From Diplonema japonicum (lineage: Eukaryota; Protista; Euglenozoa: Diplonemea): DNA of 64,000 bases. The position numbers and the translations under genes are program-made. Of this stretch, positions 32,760 through 43,900 are shown one piece after another. The stretch lies in the NCBI GenBank assembly GCA_964019335.1, contig OZ025650.1, positions 496,001-560,000 on the forward strand, in the 5' to 3' direction. Under the pieces are notes generated by a model. That model did no database searches and had not been told where the DNA came from. It was given only the letters and a program-made list of their open reading frames with translations. Positions within the stretch are counted from its first letter, which is position 1. Each line of letters begins with the position of its first letter.

Positions 32760-34754
32760 TCACCAAAATTCGTTCGGCTGGGAAGAGCTGGAAACAGTGG
32801 TGGGCAGCCCATAAGAATAACGACGCCCCCTGCCTAGGCCAGGGGGCGGCCTCTGTCCAAAACTTCTATTTATTTGGTTAGAATTAGAATTCCCCGTCAT
32901 CATCGACGCCCCAGTGCCGTCGGCTGTCTTCGTCAGTGCACTGGTGAGTGTCATCGAAACAGGCCTGCTGGAGATGACACTTTCTTCGTCTTCATCTTCC
33001 TCTTCTTTGATATCTGGGAACTGATACGACATCAGCTCAGCAGGTGTCGCAACAGGAAACGAAGGCTGCGGCTCAGGTTCCTTCTGCATAACCCCCCCGC
33101 TTGCATCCGCATGCGCCATGTCCAGGTTGCTCTGGTTCAGGTTCAGGGCCACAGGGTCTTCTTCCTGCGGCGCTCCCAGAGCACGAAAGCCGTTGTGGTT
33201 CCTTCCAAGCGACTTCTTTGTCACGTCATCTCGCATAGCCTCCTCATTCAGGTGGCGCTCCTGCTCAGCAAGTTCAAGCTTCCTCTGTTTCAAATACATG
33301 GTAATGCTGCCCTTGTAGAGCACGTACACACCACCGATGACCACAAATATAGCTAATGCTATCACTAAGACGACATCCAGCAGCGTGAGACTGGCGCCCT
33401 GCTGCGCGTTTTGACTGATTCCACTCACACCGTCAGGAAGCAACACCAAGTTCAGTATGTGTCCCACACCATCGATACCCGTCACGTTCGACGTCACTAG
33501 CGCCGTCCGCTGGAGGGCTGTCACCTCTACCGTAGCAGCGGCCTTCACAGCCAGCGCCGAGTTGAGGTTCAGCGTGGTTAGGGACACCTGTCCGCCAGCC
33601 TGCAACCTGTCTACCGTGTAGATGCCTCTCACAAAGTGATTCTTAACTAATTTTTGCAGGTCGCTAAACGCAAATGTAAACAAATCATCGTGTTTCTTAA
33701 CACCGATGGTGCTGAAGGCAGCGTCGTCGGGTGCAAAGACCGTTAAATTTGTGGACGTGAGCACATCAGACAGGAGTGCGACTTTCACTGCGTTGAGAAA
33801 CATGCTAGGCAGCACGCCCGGCACCACCAAACTGTTTGTGGGCAGCGTGACGCCAGGTGGGAGGAGGAGCTTACTGATGACTTGAGCGATGCCGTTCGTG
33901 GCTGTTGCGTTGCTCACAATGGCGGCCGACTCATCTAACGAGGTATTGATGAAAGTCGTGGTTGCCGTGAAAAATACTGTCAGTTTGTTGTTCTGGTCAA
34001 AGGTGTTCATCTCCTGCCCGTTGGAGTTCTGCAGTGTTGTGTCGCCCTTGTAGCCGTCCACCATCAGGTACCGCACGAACCTTGCTAAAACGCTCTGCGG
34101 CCATGTTTGAAACGACGATGCAGATGTGATTTGCACCTTGATGAACGCATCATCGCTAGGAGCGAAGATGGTGACGCTTCTGTCGGTCGGGACTGTAACA
34201 CCAGATGCAAGGAGGATAGAGCGGAAGATAGAGGGAAGCACGCCTTCGTCAGTGAGGGCCTGCGTGGGGATGCTTTTTTTGGTGTCAATAGTGTAGAGCA
34301 CCTTGTTGAGGACCTGCACCACACCGTTATTCACCGCGACCTCTGCTGTTGACTGGGATATGTCCTTCTCCGTTTCTGTCTTTATGTTCATCACATTGTC
34401 GACAACAGAGATATCGAGCCTGCTGTTCAAATCTGAAGTGTACAACCCAACACCCCTGTTCCCATATTGCGATATGATCCCTGTCTGTGTTATGCTCACC
34501 CCTGTGATGAGATGCAAGTTTATCAGCGCTTCACTATAAGACGGCTCTGTCTGTAGTAAATCTGTTGCCCCAATGGGCAAACCGGCAAAAGCACTATCAG
34601 CAGGGGGGAAAAACGTTACTAACGGTGGTATGTTCAGCAGATCATTCGCCCGCGACCCAACCATCGTCCGCATCATACTGAGGTCCTGCCTGCTGTCCAA
34701 CACATCTTTGACAGTGCCTTGTGAATATAGGGTCAACAAGACCAGCAGAAACAT
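32760..34754 (-). CDS. fasciclin (FAS1) repeat type I membrane protein
   Basis: Signal peptide, three T.F.P.D.AF ... NG..(Q/H)V/I repeats, one TM, disordered tail. Confidence 0.85.
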   Translation of the reverse strand: MFLLVLLTLYSQGTVKDVLDSRQDLSMMRTMVGSRANDLLNIPPLVTFFPPADSAFAGLPIGATDLLQTEPSYSEALINLHLITGVSITQTGIISQYGNRGVGLYTSDLNSRLDISVVDNVMNIKTETEKDISQSTAEVAVNNGVVQVLNKVLYTIDTKKSIPTQALTDEGVLPSIFRSILLASGVTVPTDRSVTIFAPSDDAFIKVQITSASSFQTWPQSVLARFVRYLMVDGYKGDTTLQNSNGQEMNTFDQNNKLTVFFTATTTFINTSLDESAAIVSNATATNGIAQVISKLLLPPGVTLPTNSLVVPGVLPSMFLNAVKVALLSDVLTSTNLTVFAPDDAAFSTIGVKKHDDLFTFAFSDLQKLVKNHFVRGIYTVDRLQAGGQVSLTTLNLNSALAVKAAATVEVTALQRTALVTSNVTGIDGVGHILNLVLLPDGVSGISQNAQQGASLTLLDVVLVIALAIFVVIGGVYVLYKGSITMYLKQRKLELAEQERHLNEEAMRDDVTKKSLGRNHNGFRALGAPQEEDPVALNLNQSNLDMAHADASGGVMQKEPEPQPSFPVATPAELMSYQFPDIKEEEDEDEESVISSRPVSMTLTSALTKTADGTGASMMTGNSNSNQINRSFGQRPPPGLGRGRRYSYGLPTTVSSSSQPNEFW

Positions 34755-34870
34755 TTCACGTATTTTCTGTTCTCATCGCACCTATTGAGATTAATAACAC
34801 TGTTCGAAGTCAGAAGAAGAAAAAAGAAGTTCACAACGAGACACGAAAGCATCTCTTACTGTCACTGCCA

Positions 34871-35986
34871 TCACGGAGCAGTCTGTGGTTTGTTTCTTGT
34901 ACCGCGCTGAAGCCGCGTTGTGGGTTTTTGTGATTGTGGAACGAACGAGAACTCCTGGAGGAGATCATCCACAGACGAAAAGGTTTCAGGTTGCTGCTGG
35001 CGAGGTTTGCTATATTTCTGACTCAATTTAGTTCTCCTAGGGCGGGGAAGGAGGCTGGCAGGGAGTTGTGTCGGGGTGGGCGTGCGTGGATGCAATGCGT
35101 GTAGGAAACCGTAAGTGTGCTGAACAATAGGCGGCTTCGGTGCATACGACACCTCGTCTGCAAGGTTGTAGTTCGGGAGGGTTCTCAGCAGTGCCCTCCT
35201 CTCTGCGGGTGTGGTCGTTAGCCTATGCAGGATTAGTCCAAACACTGATGTCGGCACACTCTTCGCCTCACCTTTGAGCATGTCACCGTCCTCCGTGGCA
35301 CGCATGGGCATATGCGTCATCTCCTCAGCCACTACTTCATCCCCCAGCTGGTCTTCAACAGCTGGCTGTGTAGCGACCAGCTGCACACCAATACGTTCAC
35401 CTCGCCTTTCAAGCACCACACAAGTTACATGCATGCCATCCTTGAAATCATCTTCCGCCTCAAATGGTATGATGGCACCCGTGCCCAGCTGGAGATACCC
35501 CTTTCTGCCTAGAACTACTAGCACGACACCATCTTCCCGTGTCAGCCCAGATGTGTACTGACAGGAGGAAGACAGGTCGGGCAGGTCCGGTTTTCTGGGA
35601 ACTATCGTATCGTAGAGCGCAGGGTTGTGGACCGACTGTACTCTTGCCTGCACGTCGTATGAGAGGGCCGAGATTATGCTGTGCTCTTCGGGTGTGAGGT
35701 CTAGAGGTTTTCGGAAGTGGTTTATCGGCATCTTTCTAAAAGGGAAATTCTCAAACCCAAACCCGTGCAACGAGTACTCTTGCGCTGCTTGTACACCGTC
35801 CTCAATGCAGCTCTCGCTGCTCATAAAGCTCGACTCCACAGTGTCTTCCACGGCCTCTTCTATGAAGCCGATTAGACGGCCAAGCGTCACCATGCGCTTT
35901 TCTGAAGGAACAGACCTTACACGAGGGAGCGTGCTGTCAAAGAACTTCCAGTCCCTTCGAGACTGGTTTAAGCGAACAGGCGACAT
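34871..35986 (-). CDS. hypothetical protein
   Basis: 371-aa ORF on the cluster strand, preceded by CACCACAG. Confidence 0.7.
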   Translation of the reverse strand: MSPVRLNQSRRDWKFFDSTLPRVRSVPSEKRMVTLGRLIGFIEEAVEDTVESSFMSSESCIEDGVQAAQEYSLHGFGFENFPFRKMPINHFRKPLDLTPEEHSIISALSYDVQARVQSVHNPALYDTIVPRKPDLPDLSSSCQYTSGLTREDGVVLVVLGRKGYLQLGTGAIIPFEAEDDFKDGMHVTCVVLERRGERIGVQLVATQPAVEDQLGDEVVAEEMTHMPMRATEDGDMLKGEAKSVPTSVFGLILHRLTTTPAERRALLRTLPNYNLADEVSYAPKPPIVQHTYGFLHALHPRTPTPTQLPASLLPRPRRTKLSQKYSKPRQQQPETFSSVDDLLQEFSFVPQSQKPTTRLQRGTRNKPQTAP

Positions 35987-36091
35987 GCTTCATGTGCTGT
36001 GGTGAAGTTCGCGCAGCAATAATAAACACAAAAAACCTACAGTGAAGTAGGCTATCAGAACTCTAACTAACACGGAAGTGTAGTCATGCAC

Positions 36092-38833
36092 TCACACATT
36101 GTACCGCGCGTGGAAGGTTCTCTGAACAATCGTGGCTGAGTGCTCAAGAAGCTCCTTCTGCTCACGTTGTTCGCAGCGAAACTCTCGCTCCTTTCGAAGA
36201 GTTTGCAGAAAGTCCAGTGCAAGATCTTTCTGTTTTGAAGAAGACAAAATGAATTCCCTTGAGCGCCGATAAGCGAATTTTCTGTAGGCTGGGACGACGA
36301 GCCGGTTGAGATGCACCTGTGATGCATGGAATTCGTCGATATTTTGCACCACGCTTGAGAAGACATGGGCAGCGAAGCTCTCCAGAAGACATCTTTCAAA
36401 TGACTCCTCCCGCTCTAAGAGCAACAGATTGAAGTCCTCTGTCCAATGATTATTCAGCAGCAGGCGCTGCATCGCTTCTTCGCGTCGAAGGTTCCACTGA
36501 ATGTGCACCACGCCTGCTGCTGCCCTGTTAGCTTCGCTCTGCATGCTGTTGAGTTTAGCTCGTTCGTTGTCTCGAGAAGCTACTTCGTCGGCAATACACC
36601 TGCAGACGGTGTGCCACATTGCGCACTGTCTCTCGAGGTATTCCCGTTTCATGTCTTCAGTTCTTTCAATAGCCAGCCTCGCGTTATGTTCCGATGCACC
36701 TACAGTGCTAGCAATAGAAGCGACCTCTGCTTCGTATATCACGTCTGCAGCGGTATCTTTGGCAGAAACGATAGAAGCGCGGCCTGCATCTTCCCTTTCG
36801 ACAACATCCACTCTGAAGATATATTGCTGTTTCTTGAGTAACAATTCCCTGACAAATTTTTGCTCCAGCTGCCACGTGCCCTCCTGACAGGATGCGATTA
36901 TATGTTGTCTTCCACTGCACTCCATGCAATCCAAAGAGGAGGAGACCACAACAGTGCGCCACATGGCGACGGCATCCTCCTTCAGATTAACAAATTCAGC
37001 GAACAGGAAGCTCTTTTGTCTCGTGAAGTCTTCAACATTCTTTTGGAAGATATCAACTATCCCCTCGGTGCACTTCGCCACACACACTTCTCGCTGTGCC
37101 TGCTCGACAGCTACCCACTGCGTCCTTAACAAGGTTTCAGATGTTTCACACAGGACATTATTGACCACAATTTCCATGCACCGCAGACGCTCTCGTTGCA
37201 TCTCTTCATTTCCCACCAAGCATATAATATGCCCACGATACTGCATAGCAGTACACAGATCCCTACCCTCTCTCACCAATGCAGCTCGCGCTACTGTCTC
37301 CTCAGCAGAACACTGACGCACGACAGTCATGAACTGTGCGTGTGTTTCGGCATACTTTTCACCCCGTGCACAAAGCTCACACGCAGCAACTGCCTCGCTC
37401 TCAACCAGCGACGCCCTGTGCGTGGCTTCGTCGGTGTTGACGTCAAGTAACATGCGTTTCTCATAGAAGGCCGATGCGGTGTACCTTTCTTCTCTCATGA
37501 GGTCGTCGCGTAGATGCATCTCACTTGCAACAACAGCATTTCTATCAAAAAGAAGTCTCAGAGAAGAAACAAATGAGCTCCGCATTGAAGCCTCCACATG
37601 TTGGAGTGCGAGTAGACTTGGCCGAAAGAAGGATGCCAACAGCTGCTGGCGGGCAATGGTCTCTTGCTCTATGAGGAATAGCTGGTACTGGCAGAATATG
37701 TCGTCGCTGTAGTAGGTATGTTGCACCTGTTCAAGGTAGCTGCGCGAAACGTTGTACAAGTGAGTGGCCCATGTGACATTGTGCCGCTTCCTTCTACTTA
37801 GAACACTTTTTACCATTCTATTTATTGACTTCCCTGCACACAACTTGACCTCATTATTCTCTTGCGATTTGAGGCTGTCTGTCCCACGCGAAGCATAGGA
37901 CGCGAGGAGTCCCCGTTGTATGCCTTCATAAAGCTCACAATCCTTCAGTACCCACTTATCTTTCAGGAAGTGTAGCATCGTGTGACGCCCGTGCAACCAG
38001 CCTAACTGTGTGTTTTCCAACAGTTCCCTCTCATGCTGCTCTTGTGAGTACAACACGACAAGCCTGATGGTTGCTCTCAAAAATACTTCCTCGCTGCGAA
38101 TGCTTGATCTGTGTAAGTCTTCAGTGGCCTCGTGGAGGACCCCTTCCACATTAGTTACGTACACGTTTCTCACTATCAATCTGTGTTCTGATTCTGCGTT
38201 GCTGAGTGTGTGTATCATAAAAGACTCAAATTCTCTCATTGTTTCATCTCTGATGTCAGCCTCTCTGCACAGCAAAACACATTGTCGCTTATTCAAAAGC
38301 GCTTCCCTTGCACACCGCAAAACCACAAGATGCTTCAAAAAGCGGAACACCACCCGCCCTGCGTACCATAGCGGGATACCCGTGAAGGAAAGCTGCGGTG
38401 TGTTCTGTTCTCGACCCACGGCAATGACAAGCCTGCCCCGCATCTCGCATTCAAGCAAACATACGGTCTCATAACCATTTTCCCAGGAGGTACTAACTTC
38501 GTCCCATTTACCCGTCTCTTCTTTTATGATTACTTCCCTTGCAGCTTTCTCTACCTTAATCCATCTCTCAAGCAGTGTAGCGTGCACTCGCAGTCCACGC
38601 ATCAACCTTTTGCTTTCAATATTCCCCCGTATCATGTCCTCTGCCTCTTGAAGCTGCCGCATCTCCCGCAGGTGCCTGGCTTCTATTTTCTCTCTCTCGC
38701 ATACAATAGCGTCGTTCTCAAGGTGCCGTAGTGTTTCCTTGTTTTTTAAGATGTTTTCATGTGTCGTTACTATAAGTCTTCTGAAAGACTTAGTGCATAT
38801 AGAATTACATGGCGGCCGTGGTGCATGGGTCAT
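36092..38833 (-). CDS. long helical E...R-repeat protein with terminal IQ-like motif
   Basis: 913-aa ORF with recurring E-x3-R-x6-E motifs and ATIVQRTFH. Confidence 0.75.
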   Translation of the reverse strand: MTHAPRPPCNSICTKSFRRLIVTTHENILKNKETLRHLENDAIVCEREKIEARHLREMRQLQEAEDMIRGNIESKRLMRGLRVHATLLERWIKVEKAAREVIIKEETGKWDEVSTSWENGYETVCLLECEMRGRLVIAVGREQNTPQLSFTGIPLWYAGRVVFRFLKHLVVLRCAREALLNKRQCVLLCREADIRDETMREFESFMIHTLSNAESEHRLIVRNVYVTNVEGVLHEATEDLHRSSIRSEEVFLRATIRLVVLYSQEQHERELLENTQLGWLHGRHTMLHFLKDKWVLKDCELYEGIQRGLLASYASRGTDSLKSQENNEVKLCAGKSINRMVKSVLSRRKRHNVTWATHLYNVSRSYLEQVQHTYYSDDIFCQYQLFLIEQETIARQQLLASFFRPSLLALQHVEASMRSSFVSSLRLLFDRNAVVASEMHLRDDLMREERYTASAFYEKRMLLDVNTDEATHRASLVESEAVAACELCARGEKYAETHAQFMTVVRQCSAEETVARAALVREGRDLCTAMQYRGHIICLVGNEEMQRERLRCMEIVVNNVLCETSETLLRTQWVAVEQAQREVCVAKCTEGIVDIFQKNVEDFTRQKSFLFAEFVNLKEDAVAMWRTVVVSSSLDCMECSGRQHIIASCQEGTWQLEQKFVRELLLKKQQYIFRVDVVEREDAGRASIVSAKDTAADVIYEAEVASIASTVGASEHNARLAIERTEDMKREYLERQCAMWHTVCRCIADEVASRDNERAKLNSMQSEANRAAAGVVHIQWNLRREEAMQRLLLNNHWTEDFNLLLLEREESFERCLLESFAAHVFSSVVQNIDEFHASQVHLNRLVVPAYRKFAYRRSREFILSSSKQKDLALDFLQTLRKEREFRCEQREQKELLEHSATIVQRTFHARYNV

Positions 38834-38902
38834 ATGTTCTGTGGTGCGTGGTACACTTGAGCACAGCTACAAGGTTCTTAATCTCATAAGAGATGACTGG
38901 TG

Positions 38903-39727
38903 TTAGAAGTCTATGCCTGTGTCTGGCAGGGGATACATATGCTGGGGTGAACGGGGGCTGGTTTGCAGGATCATGTCGCGGCGTGTTCGCCGCCAGATCT
39001 CAGCGTTGTATCTGTCTCGCTCCATCTGCTCCTCGAAGTTGGGGTTCAAGGCCGCTTCAACAGTGACCCTGAAAGGGCCTTGAAACTGCATGGCATCGCT
39101 GGTAGTGTAGATGGGGAAGCCGTTGACAGCACACACCCGCAGCCCTACGTGCAGCGTTGCGTACCTAGTGGCCGGTGGGATCACTTGCAGTATCCTCACC
39201 ACCCCGTTCATCTCCTTCAATGTCACACCGTCGAAGCTGAGCAACATTTCTTCTACCGTGCTCAGAGGAGCAGCAGCAGGGGGGCCGAACCGGTGGTTGG
39301 TATAAATGGGTCGTGTGTCCTTGGCGGGCTCGTTGGCCTTGATGCGCAAGTCAATCCATGTACTTGTCGCTGTGAGAGCATCTTCCCTTACCCTCACAGA
39401 CGCCCATAAATCTTCCGTCCGCAACACCTTTGCGTTCAGGTCCGCTTGTCGTACTTCAAGCTCCACACATATCATCACGTGACACCCGTTCTGAAGTTGG
39501 CACCCTACAGTTAGCGGACCCCAACGTCCATTCACACAGACTTTTTTCGCACCCAGCACACACGGCACGACACCTATCAGCTTTCTCGCCTCTGAAGTTT
39601 CCTCTAGTATTTGCCACAATTTTCCCTCTACCTCACCCAGCGTCGGTCTGTAGAGGAATTCATGACTGAAGGTTATTGCCTTTGCGGAAAAGATATCTAC
39701 TGTATAGTGCAGCAGGAACATACTCAT
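38903..39727 (-). CDS. BILBO1 N-terminal-domain-like protein with PDZ-like region
   Basis: The DIF..K..F...F..RPT..E and W..L....QL..GC pattern matches the BILBO1 NTD; LHVGLRVCAVNGFPI is PDZ-like. Confidence 0.65.
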   Translation of the reverse strand: MSMFLLHYTVDIFSAKAITFSHEFLYRPTLGEVEGKLWQILEETSEARKLIGVVPCVLGAKKVCVNGRWGPLTVGCQLQNGCHVMICVELEVRQADLNAKVLRTEDLWASVRVREDALTATSTWIDLRIKANEPAKDTRPIYTNHRFGPPAAAPLSTVEEMLLSFDGVTLKEMNGVVRILQVIPPATRYATLHVGLRVCAVNGFPIYTTSDAMQFQGPFRVTVEAALNPNFEEQMERDRYNAEIWRRTRRDMILQTSPRSPQHMYPLPDTGIDF

Positions 39728-39782
39728 TCATGTCTCTCTGTTTTGGTATTAAGAAAGAAAGGTCCACAAACAAAACAAATAC

Positions 39783-40913
39783 TTAGTAAGAGGGTTGATT
39801 CAAAAGGAATGATACTGCGCTGTCAACCTTTGCGTTTACTTCCCGCTGCACCACTTTTTGATGCTTGCCCTTGCCGGATGATGCTACACGTAGGCCGCTA
39901 TCGCGCTCGCTGCGGGAGGAGCCTGTGGTTGGGTTCTTGATCTGGAAGAGGTTTGCATCCTCCTCCTCGTAGTCGGCAGTGAAATCCTGCTTCACGGCGA
40001 TCAAAATAACATTCTTTCTCACAGTGTTGCTCTGCACAGGCTCAACCACTTCTTCTTGTTCCTTCTTCTTTTTTGGTGGGTTTCTGGTCAGGTCAGCCGC
40101 CTCTCGCTTTCTCTTCTTCTTCTCTTCCAGGTCCTGTGTAGCGTGGCCGTCGTCCAAGTACTTCAGCTTCCCTCTACAACTGCTCATCACCATATCACAG
40201 TAGTTGTCTTCCTCTGCAAAGGGATTCCCTTTAAGAGTAAGGTGAGTCAAGTGCTTGATCCCTTTGATCACTTTTAAACAGTCATTCGTCAATTTGTTGG
40301 ACCCAAGGTCGAGGATCTTCAAGGCGGAGCAGCCTAGCATGAAAGTGTCGAGTGCTGTCAGTTGGTTGTTGGAAATACGCAGTTCGCGGAGGTTAGTGAG
40401 ACGATGGGGCTTTGAGGACCAGGGGAGCTTCTTGAGGCAGCAGTTCGAGAGACTTAACTTAGTGAGGGTTTTCATCTGGCACACAGGGGCCAGCGACACA
40501 TCGTTGAGTGGGACATCGCGCAGAACCAGTGTGTGCAACTGGGACAACTTCGTCACTGCAGCGATGGAAGACGGGGTGCCAATCGCAGAACACCTGGCTG
40601 CGACCAAAACATTCAATCCCTTGATCTCCTCTACTCCTGACAGATCTTCAAGAGGGTTCTCTGTCACGTCCAGCGTCTTGAGTTCGGTGCAGGCACCTAG
40701 TCCTTTCAAGCTGGTGATTTTATTCCTCCCCACTTTCGCACACGACACATCACCCCCCAGGAAATCAAGGCTTGTCAGCATATTGCCTGTTAAGTCAACT
40801 TTGCCAACCCATTGTGCCAGCTTCTCAACGTCACTATACCCTGCATCAATAGCCGTCAGGGCGCCCCCTCTGCGCCTCTCACTGCTAGCGCTTTCCATCG
40901 TGAGCAACGACAT
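39783..40913 (-). CDS. leucine-rich repeat protein (SDS22-like repeats, basic tail)
   Basis: Multiple LxxLxLxxN repeats and an LKGNPF...YLD cap. Confidence 0.85.
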   Translation of the reverse strand: MSLLTMESASSERRRGGALTAIDAGYSDVEKLAQWVGKVDLTGNMLTSLDFLGGDVSCAKVGRNKITSLKGLGACTELKTLDVTENPLEDLSGVEEIKGLNVLVAARCSAIGTPSSIAAVTKLSQLHTLVLRDVPLNDVSLAPVCQMKTLTKLSLSNCCLKKLPWSSKPHRLTNLRELRISNNQLTALDTFMLGCSALKILDLGSNKLTNDCLKVIKGIKHLTHLTLKGNPFAEEDNYCDMVMSSCRGKLKYLDDGHATQDLEEKKKRKREAADLTRNPPKKKKEQEEVVEPVQSNTVRKNVILIAVKQDFTADYEEEDANLFQIKNPTTGSSRSERDSGLRVASSGKGKHQKVVQREVNAKVDSAVSFLLNQPSY

Positions 40914-40996
40914 TTCACGCTGGGAAGTTAAGATACTAACAACATTCAAAAACAAATTTACTAAACTACTGAAACTACTGAGTCTTAGAAAAGCAC

Positions 40997-43900
40997 TCAG
41001 TGAACAGGATTTCGATGGCCGAAGTCCGCCCAATAAGATATTTTCTGATACGATGAATGAGGCACCGGTTCCGACACCAACACCTGCTGTTTAACTGTGT
41101 GGTTGTATGGAAAGACAGAGGGCGGATGATTGAGACGTGTCGGTGCTCTAGGGGTGAAGTTCATTGTAGGGAGTCTGGCAGTGGCAGACGCTCCACAGTA
41201 GCGTTTGTGAGTTTCCTCAATCTGGCGGAAGAGATCCGATGCGACGGGCAGTTTCGTAGATGTTGGAGAAGAGACCTGCACGACGGGCTCTGGCCGGTGT
41301 GTCAAAGCAGTGTAAAGGGGGTTGCGCATAGCAGGGTAGGGAGGCAGCCGCAATTTTGGGATATCAGGAAAAATTGCTGTTTCCTTCCCTTCTTTCCGTC
41401 GCTTTGTGAGCTGTGCCCTCTTAACCGTCTTGGGCATTTTGACCTTATTGATCCTCACTGTCTTCTTCGGCAACGTGTTTGGCAGTACATCTTCCGCCTC
41501 TTCCTCAGAATTCCTGCCCTGCATCTCCTCCTCAGGTTCATCTATTGTTGTAAGGAAGACCTCATTAGCCATTCGCCCAGCGTCTACGCTTTCTGGTTTG
41601 CGTATTGCGGCTTTTAGCTTTTCAGCAACTGGAATTGCTTTGCTTATGGTTGTGTCTGAAGAAATGATGTTCAACATAGTGGATGCCTCTTTGAACTCCC
41701 AGGGGGTGACGTTGTTTTTCTGCGTAGTCTCCCTGTCCATACGTGAGTATTGCACAGTCTTTTCACGCTCCCTGCCTTGACACAAGGAGCCTATCATCAC
41801 CCCTTCCGTGTTCCAGATGTGCACTTTGAAGTCGAAGCCCGACGTAAACACCGATACTCTATTCACATCAATCACTACCTGCACTGAGTTGATCTCATCG
41901 TCGTGTGCCTTCCACGAATGCAAAAAGGGGACGTCAGTGATAGTCTCGGGGGGTGGCCGCACTGTTCCATCCATGCTGCTCGGTGCAGGCCACTTACTCG
42001 GAACAAGACCCGTCTTCTGGATGACGTTTCTGATGCTGTACACGTTAACGAAGCCCATGTCATCGCCCACATACAACATCTCACGCGCCTCATGGCATGC
42101 AATACTCGTAGTAGTAAGCTTGTGGTCTGTGTCGCTTCTAGAGGTTGAACCCACTCTATTGAACCATTTAGCAAGGAGCCGTTGAGGATGTGGGTAAGGC
42201 CTCGTGGACCAAATGTATAGGTAGCCAGAAGGGTCACTGCAAGCAAAGGCGGGCAGTGTCCCCAGTACGGACAGGGCGGAAACCTCTCCTGTACATCCAG
42301 CGTCAACTTCTTTGCTGGTATGGTGTCCGTATGTCTGTGGTGCGCTCCCAGCACATTCAATCACGTGTGTGAGAGCAAAGGTGTATGTGTCACTGCACAG
42401 TATCCTCCCCGATGTTGTGCTGATGATTACCATGCTGTTCGCGTGGCTGATGGCACAGAACGTTGCATGCATTGACTGGAGTGCCGCATTAATGGCAGTG
42501 GCCGGGTAGCTAGTTGAGTCTTGCGAGTCCCAGTTGATCTGAACAGGTGGCGTGCCACCCTGAGACACTGAAATAATAAACTTATGTCCCCTGCTGCCTG
42601 TCCCATAACACAAGGACGCTACAGCAGCTTTGTGCGACCCGAACTCCTGAATGCACGCACCGCTTGACGCCACGTACCCAGACACCTGTCCCATGATGGT
42701 ACCGACGAAGAACTTTCGACCCCTGCCGCACATGCAAAAAGATGTTATCTCGTCGGTGACCAAGTCATCGAAAACAGACTCGATCAACCCTGTGGTCTCT
42801 TCCCATATCTTGATGCTCTTTTTATGAACAGAAATGATCACGCGCGTCACTGTGTTGTAGAGTACAGTCACAACAGGTGCGTCACCCACGCAGTCGTGGT
42901 TGCTTGTCTGCTGGTACTTGTAAACAAATGTCGAGCGCGGACCACTAAGGATGATAGAGTCTGTGCTGTCAATATATGTAACGGCACTGAACAGGTTGCT
43001 CCTTGCATGCCGACACGTGGTGTTCATCTGCTGCCACGGGATGATCGTCTGGACCGCCTGAAAAGTCCTTATGTCCCATACCTTCACCATGCCTTGGTTG
43101 TCGGCAGTAATCACTTGCGGTGTGTCAGGAACTGTGTACAAACCCAAAATAGTCCCGTGGTGCGGTCGCTGCTTGTCCACAAGCCGCCACGGATGGAAGT
43201 CTTTGATGTGCAACACCCACACTAAGGGCTCGTACTCAAATCCAGCGGATAGCAAGAATTGGTGTTGCTTAGAGAATGCCAGCGTACACACACCCTGTCC
43301 ATGCCCTTTCAGTACGCCCGTACACACATTGCGCTCCAAGTTCATAATCTTGATAGTGGAGTCGAGGGATGCCGTGACCACTTCCTGGTCCACTATCAAA
43401 AGGTCTAGTATTGCTTCTTCATGGACCTTCGGCTGAGTCTTTGTGATTTCCATGCGTTCCACAGACCAGTAGTTCAGTGCCCCTGCACGTGAAGCAGAGA
43501 AGAGAACCTTGTACTTGCTGCACCAGCGAAGGGCCAGCTGGGACTCAGGCACTTTGACTACACGCTTCAGGGGAAGGATACCTTCGGTAACAGAGTAGTC
43601 ACGTGTGAGGCTGACAGGAACTGCAGCGGGGGTCATGTCCCAGAAGTGCACCTCCATGCCAGACGAACTGGTAATGAGCAGGTCTTGTTCGGGGGTGCGC
43701 TCGATGGACATGATGCTGTGCGGCAGGCGGGGTGTGCTTTTGATGCCCTTCAAAGTCTTCGGATCAATGACTTTCAGCTTATGTTGGTTTCCAAAGGTGC
43801 TGACTTTGATGATCTCATCCCATTCCGAGAAATATTTCAATTTTTTCATCTCAGCAGCCACAGCATAACCACCCGTCTCGTTTGTCTCGCCCACAGGCAC

